From the NCBI GenBank assembly GCA_043228905.1, contig JBHGNT010000016.1, forward strand, positions 1,054,001 through 1,118,000: 64,000 nucleotides of DNA, in the 5' to 3' direction. This document shows, in pieces, positions 14,759 through 26,400 of the stretch. This DNA is from Azolla caroliniana. Taxonomy: Eukaryota > Plantae > Polypodiophyta. The position numbers and the translations under genes were made by a program. The notes beneath the pieces are model-generated. The model ran no database searches. It saw only the letters and a list, made by a program, of their open reading frames with translations, and had not been told where the DNA came from. The number at the start of each line of letters is the position of its first letter. The first letter of the stretch is position 1.

Positions 14759-16289
14759 ATAGCGACGAACTAATATATGCACATGTGCATGTAATGGATT
14801 GTTGTGCATACACCTTATTACAATGTTGTAACTTGTAAACTAAGCACAAGCTGGTGGGAATTTCATCTAGAGATTACAATTTCCACAAAGATAAACATGT
14901 GAAGGTAGCTTTCCACAAAAAAAAACCACAATCATCGTGTTAGATGAGATGCAAATTGTTACTTGTTCTCCCAATACTTTAAAAGAATGTTATTCTCTTA
15001 GCCATAACATGTTTTGCAAGGATACAAAGTTCCTATTGAGTCAATTTGCTTTAGTAGTTGTCAAGTGGGATTGATGCAATGGGCATTAAGCACAATGCAC
15101 GTGACATATTTTTCCTAACTTCCCAGTTGTTAGTAAACAGGCCCAGATAACATTTATAAGAAGAGTTGTACACACAAACATCAAAACCTCCGCAAAGATA
15201 AACACGACGCTCAAGAAAAGGATCAGGTCATCTTCACTGTTATGATGAAGTTCATGTTTTTTTCGAAGTGATTTTTAATGTCCAACATGTTTTGGGATGG
15301 AGACGTAGAATTGGATGGGAGTTCTCTTGCTTTAGTAGGTATCAACAGGGAGTAATTGCAATGAAAGCTTTGTTGGTCAATATTTAATAGTGAGATGGCT
15401 AGTAAAGAGCCCCATATAGCATTTATAGGCGTTGATATAGTTACATATATACAAACATATTACAACTTGGGGCAAGGGTAGATGGGATTATGGACCAAAC
15501 TCTCAAAAATTACCATGGAACACAAATTAAAGTAAAATTACCAAGCAAGCGTGTCTCGTGTTCTCTCGATGCTATTAAAAGGGATTGCTTTCAACCTCTT
15601 CACTTGTCGCACCATGTCTTGGGATGGAGAGATATATTTCTAGTGATATCACTCGCTTTACTAAATGTCAAGTGGGGGGGGGGGGGGGGCGATGCACTGG
15701 GTATCGAGCACAATGCACGTGGCAACATCAATTAAAAAAGGTTTAAATTATATCCCATACTCACCCCCATTCTTCTCCTTTTGGTTAAAGAGTCATGTGG
15801 ACTATAATTATGATATATTCAATATTCATCGTGCTTTTCGATCCACCCCCACCCCCTCCTCCAAAAACAATAGTTTCCCGTTGATGGCAAAAGATGCGAT
15901 GTTGATATTGAACGCTGCTTTGTTGGTGTGGCTGATAATCGTGGTAAAATTAAGACACGACTCGATCGCGAGCTACGAAACGAAAGTCATTGATCATTAA
16001 TTGGTGAGCGAGAACCCGGGGGGGGGGGGGGGGGCTTCATGGAGCCATAACGAGACATGCACGTTTGCTAATGGTAATCGCCACCGATGGGCGGATGGAT
16101 GGGTCCGGTGGACATGAACAAGACACGTTTGCTAATTGGGAACAGGCCGACAGCCGAGAAGACTCGAGCCCGGGAAGATCGGGCCCCTGGGGGGGAGAGG
16201 GTTTCACAGGCACGTGTGAACCCACCCTTATGAAGGAGGTATTCTGCAAGCGTCAAACTAAAACAGAAACAGGAAAAAGCTAATTAAGC

Positions 16290-16900
16290 ACTCCTCTCTC
16301 TCTCTCTCTCTCTCTCAGTCTCTCCACGAATTCTCTCTCTTCACACACACACACTCTCTCAAGGGCTTCCCTCTCTCTCTCTCTCTCTCTCTCCACGGAT
16401 TCTCTCTCTTCACACACACACACACACACATTCTCAAGGGCTTCCCTCCCTCTCTCTCTCTCTCTGTCTCTCTCCACGGATTCTCTCTCTTCACACACAC
16501 ACACACACTCTCAAGGGCTTCCCTCCCTCTCTCTCTCTCTCTCAGTCCCTCTCCACGGATTCTCTCTCTTCACACACACACTCTGAAGGGCCTCTCTCTC
16601 TCTCACACACACACACACGCTCTGTCTATTTCAAGAGCTTCTCTCTCTCTCACACACACACACTCTGTTTTTCTCTCTCTACACACACACACACACTCTG
16701 TTTTTCTCTCTCTACACACACACACGCTCTGTTTTTCTCTCTCTACACGCACACACACAATGTTGTCTCTGTCTCTCTCAAGCAATTCTCTCTCTACACG
16801 CACACGCACTCTCTCTCTAAGGGATTCTGTGTATACATACATATTACACACACACACACGCACGCACGCTCCATTCTCTCTGTCTGTGTCTCTCTGTGTA
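16290..16900. repeat. Compound (CT)n/(CA)n microsatellite-minisatellite array upstream of the TCP gene
   Basis: About four units of ctctccacggattctctctcttcacacac...tctcaagggcttccctctct, followed by units of ctgtttttctctctctacacacac. Confidence 0.95.
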
Positions 16901-17244
16901 TTTCTGCTGTTTTTCCTCTTTAGATCTGAGAAACAGTGTACTTTCCGAACAGACTCTCGTCTCTGGGGCGTGGGGGAGGGCCAGGCCTCACTTGCCTCTC
17001 AGATCTCCGTCGTATAAGTAGCAGCAGCAGCACCTCTGTGTCTCTCTCAACAAACTATCTGTTCTGTCTGTGCAAGAATTAAAAGCCATATCCATATTTT
17101 GGCTGGGCCCATCAGTCATATGCTTCCTCTCCTCAAAACATATAGATCAGAAAAATCAACCAATCTCTCTCCCCCATCTCCATCTCAGTGGGCCCTCTCT
17201 GTCTCTTCCTCAGAAAACTAATTCTCTGCGCCCCCCCCCCCCCC

Positions 17245-17630
17245 TGATGATTAGAGAAGATCTGCGGGCTCAAGGAAGCAACAACATAATCTGCGAAAAT
17301 TTTGGGGGGGTTAATCTCTGCAATTCCTGATTAGTGAAGCGTAAATATGTCGTGGGATAATTAATCCTGATGATTACAGAAGATTTGTGGGCTAATAACT
17401 CTGCAAACTGACGATTAGTGAAGGTGTGTGGGCAGCTAACCACTTTGTGCAACTGATTGATTAGTGAAGGTTTTCTATTCTGCAACCGATTGATTTGTGA
17501 AGATCTGAAGGCTAACAATCTGATGTCACTGATGGTTAGTGAAGATTTGTGAGCTAATTACTCTGCAACTGATGATTAGTAAAAATCTGTGGGGTAATTG
17601 CTCTCTGCAGCTGATTGATTAGTGAATAAA
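17245..17630. repeat. Degenerate ~40-bp tandem array (about 9 units) upstream of the TCP start codon
   Basis: Recurrent tgatgattagtgaagatttgtgggctaattactctgcaac-like units. Confidence 0.85.
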
Positions 17631-17971
17631 TCTTCCGTGAATCAGGTTCAATCAGAGACCATACTTTTTGGTGGAGCATTCTTTGATCTATTCCACTCCA
17701 TTACAGACTCGGTGCAGAAATTTGAAGGATTGAAAAAAACGAAGAGCCGAAAATTAAGATAAAATTGCACAACACATCAGAGATTTTGTGAAGAAATTCG
17801 AGGAATTCAACCGGGGAAATTTTGTTTGTGTAAAAATTGATTCCCTGTGAATAGATTGTGGCAGGGCATCAACTCAAAGAAAGTACTTCAGTTTGGGCAA
17901 AAGAAAAATTCAATAAGTTGTTTGCTCCTATGATGAAGCTTCCTGGTTAGATAGATTCCAATTCAAATTGG

Positions 17972-19441
17972 ATGGATCATAATTGGAGCCAGTCACTGGC
18001 AAACACATCAGTGGAGTCAGAAACCAGGTATAATACTTCGATGGCGGAGCAATCGACACGCATTGCAATGTCGGGGCCCGGATATAATGGCAAAGAGGAG
18101 GAGGAGGAGGAGGAGGAAGAGGAAGAAGAAGAAGAAGAAGAAGAAGAAAGATCACAAGGACATACAAATGTTTCTCACCCATCTTCGATGGCAGCCATAC
18201 TTGCCGGTGCAGGGAGCAGTGGGCGGAATGATGGAGGAAAGGCAGCTGAAATGGACACTACGAAAACAATGTCGGTGGCTGGAACTGGCGGTGGTGGCAA
18301 TCTGTCGGTGGCCAAGAAGCCGCCGCCCAAACGTTCTTCGACCAAAGATCGGCACCGGAAGGTGGACGGACGAGGCAGACGTATCCGGATGCCCGCCATG
18401 TGCGCGGCCCGGGTTTTCCAGCTCACCAGAGAGCTCGGCCACAAGTCCGATGGCGAGACGATCGAATGGCTCCTCCGGCAGGCGGAGCCTGCCGTCATCG
18501 CCCACACCGGCACAGGCACGATCCCTGCATCAGCCATGGTCACCTCGGGGAGCACACCCTCTAAAAACCCTAACCCTAACCCTAGCTCCAACCCCAATCC
18601 CAACCCCAACCCCAACTCCAGCTCCAACTCCAACCCTAACCCTAACCCTAACCTAAATCATAGCCCGAGCCCCAATCCTAACCTGAATCATAACGCTAAT
18701 CCCAACCCTAACCTAAATCATAACCCTAACTCTCACAATAAAGGTTCGACAATGGCTTTGCCGCCGTCGTTGTGGGCGAGTGCGCCGGGCACCGTGTGGA
18801 TGCTGCCATACGTGCCCGATCCACATCATCAGCACCCGCTCGACTCCTCAGTAGCCTCTCACATCATGACACCTGGCAGCCTCGAGCATCATAACATGTG
18901 GGCAGCAGCGTCGTCGCCGGCCATGATGCTGCCACGTCAGCAGATGCACCACGTGGCGGCGCTCCCGTCAATGCTCATGCAGCCATCGGCCTCGTCGTAC
19001 GTCGCATTCCGGCAACCGGCCGAGGAAGGGCATCTAGGCACGCTCGATGCGTTAAACGCATACGGGCACGGGCACGGGCACGGGCACGGACAAGGACACG
19101 GACATGGGCACGAACATGGACATGGACGTTCGGGATTACCCGTGGACTACCCACGTCAGCTGCCGCATCATTCTCCGACCAATGAGGGGGCCCGTGAGCA
19201 TGCGTGGGGCCGGTCGGGTTTACATATGGATGAACCGGCGCGTCAGCTAGGACATCGGTCCCCGACCAATGAGGGTAGTTGCGAGCATGCGGGTTGGGCA
19301 CGGTTGGGACTACATGCGGACGATTCATGCCAGTTGCCACGCAAGTCACCTGCTAACGATAGAGACGGTGGGGAGCGTGATAGCGGGGACCACCCGACCG
19401 CGACCCCTGCTGCTGCTGCAGAGACAATGAGCTCTCCCTAG
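17972..19441 (+). CDS. TCP: Class I (PCF-type) TCP transcription factor, intronless, 489 aa
   Basis: Contains [62 protein letters not shown], the class I TCP domain. Flanked by poly-E, (NP)n and (GH)n tracts and C-terminal repeats. Confidence 0.97.
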   Translation: MDHNWSQSLANTSVESETRYNTSMAEQSTRIAMSGPGYNGKEEEEEEEEEEEEEEEEEERSQGHTNVSHPSSMAAILAGAGSSGRNDGGKAAEMDTTKTMSVAGTGGGGNLSVAKKPPPKRSSTKDRHRKVDGRGRRIRMPAMCAARVFQLTRELGHKSDGETIEWLLRQAEPAVIAHTGTGTIPASAMVTSGSTPSKNPNPNPSSNPNPNPNPNSSSNSNPNPNPNLNHSPSPNPNLNHNANPNPNLNHNPNSHNKGSTMALPPSLWASAPGTVWMLPYVPDPHHQHPLDSSVASHIMTPGSLEHHNMWAAASSPAMMLPRQQMHHVAALPSMLMQPSASSYVAFRQPAEEGHLGTLDALNAYGHGHGHGHGQGHGHGHEHGHGRSGLPVDYPRQLPHHSPTNEGAREHAWGRSGLHMDEPARQLGHRSPTNEGSCEHAGWARLGLHADDSCQLPRKSPANDRDGGERDSGDHPTATPAAAAETMSSP

Positions 19442-22400
19442 CTTTTCCCACTAGATGTGTATGTCTTTCTATTTGCTTCTTTCTCTCCATTCATACTTTC
19501 TCATATTATATATTGAGGCAACACCAATAATGCACACACCATTTCAGATGTACAAAGGCAAGTGACTTTGCATTGCATTGATGTCTAAAGGAAGGAAGGT
19601 GTTAATATTTCATGAATTCTTACGTTTGGTTTGGAAAATTAGGATGCTCATATATCTAGCGGATAGATAGATAGATGATATATGTAGTTGTGATGGATGA
19701 AGTATAAAAGAACTACCCCTCCCCCACCTTTTGTTTACTTTACTTTGTTGTACGTGTTAGCATCTCTCTTTCTCTATTCATTTGACTTGGAAGTTGGCAC
19801 TCTAAATGTGGATACATACATAGTTAGTGTACATGGGAGTGAAACAACTAAAAGAAGGTGCAATGAAACATTTGTTACCAAGGGTCACACACCCTTCTAG
19901 ATATGCCAACAAAGTTTTTTTCTTTATCTTTCTTTTTTTCGCTTGGGTTTTCGGGAGGCTGGGTTCTGCCTTATTGTAGTTTGTCAAACCACATGGGTCA
20001 AACCATGTGGTGTCAGTCACTTACTTTTTTAGGTTGTTTCCACCAAGTCAAGAAGTTGTGGAGTAAAATCTTAATTCCATATACCACCCATTCTCTATCT
20101 TTGCACGCCGCCCTTTCCAAGGTAAGAAACTTTGCATTTCATCTTAATATTGTATACAATCCATTCTCACCTTATTGTTCTTTCTCAAACTATAAAACAC
20201 CACTTGATTTTTACACCATTATACGCTAGTTTACACTTTGCTGTAATTGCATATATGACCCATTCCAAGTAAACAATGTTGTAGAAAATTATTGATAGAG
20301 AAACCCCCAAGGCACGAAGGACCATATCCTATTTCATTATGTAAGATAAAGCCTCAGTATACATATTGCCCTTTAACAACATGTATGACCGCGTCTTGAT
20401 CACATCACACTTTCATCGTGTAATTTAAAGTCCTAGTACGGCCTTACACTTTATCATTGTAACAATGTTACTTATAGCCCTTTCCTTTACACTCGGCATG
20501 GCTACAATGATATATACATCACCTCATTCTTACATCACATCATAATTCCATTATATAAATTAAAGTCTTGGTACACCCTTACACAATCGTTGTAACAAAG
20601 CTACTTATAGCCTTTTCTTCCTCGCTTGGCCACATCGATATATACATCACATCATTCTTACATCAACAAGAAATTCACATTGTTTACCTATGTGTTCCGA
20701 CGATAGCTATGCTCCATATGTGTTGGACTATCTATGACTTGGACAAAGTTCTCTAGGTTTAAGGCAACATTTACATGAGTCAATTGGAAAATTACAATCA
20801 AAAGGGATGAACATTGTCCATTGTTGAAATTCAAACATGCACACTTGGATACTTTGCCGATAGTTTGAAAGAGAGAGGCAATTAGTGCTTGTGAAGCTTT
20901 GAGAGTGAATATCATAGTGAAGAAATCTACAAGTGTGAGGCTACAAATGCTCCTTGGTCATCTTTACTCATGTCACATGTTCATGAACATTCCAACTTAC
21001 CGCATGTACATTAGCCCAACCAAGGATACAATACATACTACTTGATGCTTGCGCTTTTGACAAACCTATCATGACACAAGTACGAGAGAGCATGTAAATA
21101 GACACTAGCTTTATAAAGAACCTACTCTTACACAAGCATACAAATAGATCTATACAAAACTTAAATCACTTTATTGGTAGGTCAAATAATGCCAATGAAA
21201 TGTAGTAACTTGAAAGCAATGCTAACACACGAAGTCCATTGCGTGATTTGTTAAAAAGCAAGGATGTTTGTAGAAGAAACATACAAATGAATTGATCTCA
21301 AGAGGCAAAGATGAAGAAGAATCAACAAATCTTGTTATCTATATTAGAGGTTGTAATTGGCCCATGAAGTGATGGTAAATGCAAGTGTGAAAACCTAGAA
21401 AGGACAAAACCACTCACGTAAAATGAAGATGAGTGGCAAAGCCGGAAGGGGATTGGGGGTACTTCAAATATTCAAATTCTACACTTATAGACCTGACAAC
21501 TTCACAAGAACAGATGATGCCCCCAGTTATGTGCACATCACATTTTAAGTTGATTTTTAAATGTTCGAATCAAGGAGATGATATCCTTTCAAGTATAACT
21601 TTTTCTTTATATTTGAATTGGAAGTATATGCCATTATGTGCAACCAACCTTATTTTAACTTGTGGTTGCATTATGTGCCCTCTATTTATTATTGCACTCC
21701 ATTCACTTTCATGTTATGAGGAGAAAAAAGTAGTTTTGGTTTAACACCCATAAATGTATAATGTATTCACTGTTGCATTCTTTAATAACACCGTCATTAT
21801 CATTATTGGATTTTTACATATTCGATAGGGAAACATGTTACCTTTCCAAACTAGCATGTGCAACAAGCTTTCCCCATTGCTATTAAGATATTGTTCATGT
21901 CAAGTTAAAAGCATTATCTAGACACTATCATTGCGAGCTGAATAAAAGCTCTCCATTCTTCAATGATATTACTCAGTTTTTATATTTTACATCACATTAA
22001 GTCGTGACAAATGAAGTTCGTAGCAAGAAAACAACAAATCAATGAACAATAAATATGTCGCAAAACACTTAAATGTACTATTTTTCATGTACAGTAAACA
22101 TAATATTACTATCCAATATTCTTAGATTTTCCTTCACTACCATTATAAAAATCACTAGATAACCATTCGGTAAATCCCTCATGTCAAATTGTCAATCACA
22201 ACTTTGAAAAATGCTCAAAAACACCATCACCAATTCATCTTCTTAAATAATGGTAACAAATTAACAAGATCACGTCATGCCAATATTAATCTCTTAGCAA
22301 TAATTTGTTCATTGGGGGTATCAAGCAATTGGAATCAGACGACCGTGGTATACATTATGAATGAGGATTGATTGACATGATGCAAATACATGCAGCTCTC

Positions 22401-23487
22401 ATGATTCAAATATCACTACCATGCTAATCAAAAGGACTTTCTTGCTAAATCTATGTGGAAGCAATACATGTTAAAAATCATACATCTCCATTGTTAATAT
22501 ATCATTCCCATCATAACCATAAGGAATATTACTAGGAGATTTGTCACTATTGGTTTCTGGAAGCATTACAATGTGCAAGGTTTTGTTAGATACCATAAAT
22601 TAAATAATCCAACATTTGAGCACTTATAATAAATTATAGAGTAAGCACATCACTACATTTACCTATTAGTTGGACACAAAAATGAACACATTTCAACATA
22701 AAATGGGAATAGAAGTCTTAGGATTTTGCAATGAGCTAAGACTTAGGAATAGTAGCCCTAAAAAATGCTGATATATTAATATTCTCAAACTACTAATTCT
22801 CTAGACATTTGCTGTCTACAAATGTTGAACTTAACTTCATTCTGATAGAGGCAATATACACTACTAAAGGCTTTTTAAAGTAAAGGAATCATCAAAATGG
22901 TTGTTAGTCATAGATACCTTGCCAGGGTTATCTAGGTCAAGAAGAAATGTTTTGGCTACCAATGGCAAAAAGGATACTCGTGATTATCATGCTTGTAACC
23001 TTACGTAGCAAATTTAAGAATTTTGTTAGTTTCAACGAGTTATTCAGTCCACTGGTTTTGAGCATTGCACAAAGTCAATTGCTTTTTAAAACCAGCATGC
23101 CATATGAAGCATACATAACATATACACGAAAACATATCAAATTGTTAAACATGTGTTATCATGACACTTATCATATGAAAACCAACAATGTTTTGTTCTA
23201 GATCTGGAAAATTGAGGCAGAACAAGCATAAAATATCAATTCTTTGGTTATCAAAGCACATTAAAACGTGAAAAATGAGGTTCACTTCGGAAAACATGAT
23301 TACAATTTCGAAGAGATCATGGTAAATTTGATTTTTGTATCAATGGCTATGTTACAACTACAGAACTTGTTTGCTGAATACTGACACAATGATGCAAGAA
23401 GAAAAACATCAAAAGCAACGAATTCAAGCCTCTTGCAACAACTCAAAAACTTATCAATATATAAGCATATAAACATCAACGCTTTTA

Positions 23488-26400
23488 TCATGACCGCAAG
23501 ACAGCACCAGATGTGATTTTCCAGCTCTTATCATTTGACGTAAGTTCATATCGAGTGGTGTATGCGCTTTCGTATGAGTCTATAACTTCACGTTTTTCTG
23601 CATCATACAAATTCGCTGCCTCACTTAGAGTTGCTTCAACTATGGCCTTCTGACCATCTGTGCTTATCGTCACACTCTCTATATTAAGATCAGCCAGTTT
23701 GTATTCCCAATACCACCCATTCTTGGACACATCCCTCGCACGCTCACACCAGCTCTTCAGCATTTGTCCATCCAAAACCTTCCCAAATTTCAAAAGAAAC
23801 AAAACATTAGCATGTAGGAACAATGTGGTCACACAGGATTGCTTTTAAACATATAACCTCAATATCATAATGAGGAACAAAACATTCACCAAATTTTGTA
23901 TAATTTTAGCGAAAGCAAATCATGTCTCTTTTTCTAGGATGAATATAGGTGGCTCACTTTTAGTTATATGGAACTGCTATTTTGCTAGAGTATATGTATT
24001 TACCATGTAATCGAAACTTAATGTTTTCCTTAGTAGCTTATATAATGAAGTCACGCTCATTGACCAAATTGCTTTTTTGTGCATGCATCTTCTTGAATTA
24101 CAAATTTCATTGAAGATTCAAAGAATGGCATAAATTACCTCGGAAAGTTTTTCAACAGCATGATCTTGACCAAGAGCATGAGCCTTGGCAGTTTGCCATT
24201 TCTCAACAAGCTGTTCTGCGAGCTGTGCATTCATTTTTGGAGTGATTTGATTTTTTTTAACTGTAACTCGACCTGTTAAGAAAATACTAGCCACCATTAT
24301 GTCAGAAATTTGGAGCACATGCTAAATAACCATCATCATCTAAATCATAGTTGTACAAAAATGAGTACATTCAGAATATGGATCAGAATACTCTCAAGTA
24401 TTGTACATGTATTCTATGTTTTAGAGCTGTCATTTTATAATATGTTACGTATTCTAAGAATACAATGTATTCTACGCATTCTTCATATTTAAAAGGTATT
24501 TAAAATTTCTAAAATGCTAAAAAAGTTTAATTTAATTATTATTATTTTTAAAAAGTTTAAAATTGATAAGTATCTAACATATTTTATCTGGAGAATATAT
24601 ATTCTGAGTATTTTAAAGAAGCTAGAATATTTAGAACACATATTCTCTGGATATTGTATGCTAAGTATTCTACAACAATGATCTAAATCAAGTGGGAAAA
24701 TTTGAACACAAAACCCAGAGCTTAAGTATCATTAATGATGTGTTTTGCTGGATTCTTTACCTGCAATCTTACTAGACATTGTTTTTTTCTCATGCTTAAA
24801 TATAGTGTTTCTCATAAAATAGATCTTCCAGCCAGCAAAAGCTAGAGCCCCAAACAAAGCTGTGATTCCTACAATTTGAATAACAGAATTTCTTGATGTT
24901 CTTGTATATTCCGTGTCTTCTGCTACTTTATGATCATCTGAAGAAAAATGTAGACCACTTTTTCTCTCTGTATTAACTGGAATAGATGGATTGTATGGGG
25001 ACAAATAGTCCTTATTCTGCTCATGTTTGATATCAGTGATAACCGGGGATTCAACATTGTTTTTCTGCCGTTGCACTCCAACTTTACCTAGTGGAAAAAC
25101 TTTCTGCAAAGTCTCCTTCATGCTATCAAGAGCAGCACCTGCCCCAGCTCCTAATTGCACAATCGCCGCTGCAGCTGCTAGTGGTGACTCACCTTTCTCT
25201 AGCTTCTCCAGATAATTCAGTACACTGGAATCATCATAGTAATCTCGCAATTTGACATGCAATTGATCTGTTTCACGGAAACTTGGGAAAACCACCTCCC
25301 TAAGCCAACTTTCCAACAGTTTGCAAAGGCCAGGTAGATAAACATCTTCATCAGTTCCATAGGAATTTGCAATAACAAAATCAGTCACAGCAGGTTCGCG
25401 ATATGGAGAGTTTATATCATCCAACCCTAGCCATGCACGGCAGTCATCAAGCTCGCCCAACAGAAGTTGACACATTGCTCTCTCAAATGCAAAGTCAAGT
25501 TGTTGATCTGTTGAAGCATTTGACCCACCCACTGCAAATGCATTAGAAGATGCATTTGTTTGTTGAAGTTGAAGGAATAAATTATCTGCTTCCTTGATAA
25601 GGTATGGTTTCTTTGAAGAAAAACCTTCAGCAACATGTGCAAGAGCAACAGAGTAAACCTCCGAACTCTCTGCTGGAATGTTGCTTGGAGTGGAAGTAAA
25701 TAACGCTACTTGCTCAGCAGCTGTCATATGAGTAAATGCTTCTTTCATATAGTCCTCTCGCGTGTACCCAGGTATATGTGCAAAAGCGCCACCTTCACCA
25801 ACAGCCCACAAAATGCTTTGTAATCCTTGTAAGCCTTCTTCTCGCTTCCCTCTATGCTCCTTATCAAGTGGAAATGCAAGAAGTTCTAAGACACAATGGG
25901 GATTTAATTTCTGCAATGTTTCATCTATTTGTTCCTGCAAGGCTGGAGCTAGGCTACTGCCACCTTCCTCCTACATAAAAGTAATGGCAGGTTATTGGCA
26001 CGAAGTATTAATTTAGAAAAGCATGTATTATTTGTTCCTGCAAGGCTGGAGCTAGGCTACTGCCACCTTCCTCCTACATAAAAGTAATGGCAGGTTATTG
26101 GCACGAAGTATTAATTTAGAAAAGCATGTATTATTTGTTCCTGCAAGGCTGGAGCTAGGCTACTGCCACCTTCCTCCTACATAAAAGTAATGGCAGGTTA
26201 TTGGCACTAAGTATTAATTTAGAAATGCAAACTCTATTCGAGAAATAACCTGGATGAATCTGTATTTCTTTACAAAGTTTTTCTATCTTCCATTTCTTAT
26301 TTCAAAGTAGTTTGAAATCACATTTTTGACATCCATTCATGCTTTGACTGTCTTTACAAATGCACATGCAAATGAACCTATAATTCAATAACTATTCCAT

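Noticed and set aside
16280-16863. ER/CV-rich ORFs
   Set aside because: These are translations of the CT/CA microsatellite array.
17245-17630. Repeat-spacer look suggestive of CRISPR
   Set aside because: The context is eukaryotic, the repeats are degenerate, the spacers are related to each other and there are no cas genes.
20420-20670. ~130-bp imperfect tandem duplication (similar small duplications at ~15040-15730 and ~26920-27040)
   Set aside because: Ordinary local duplications with no termini, coding or structural signal.
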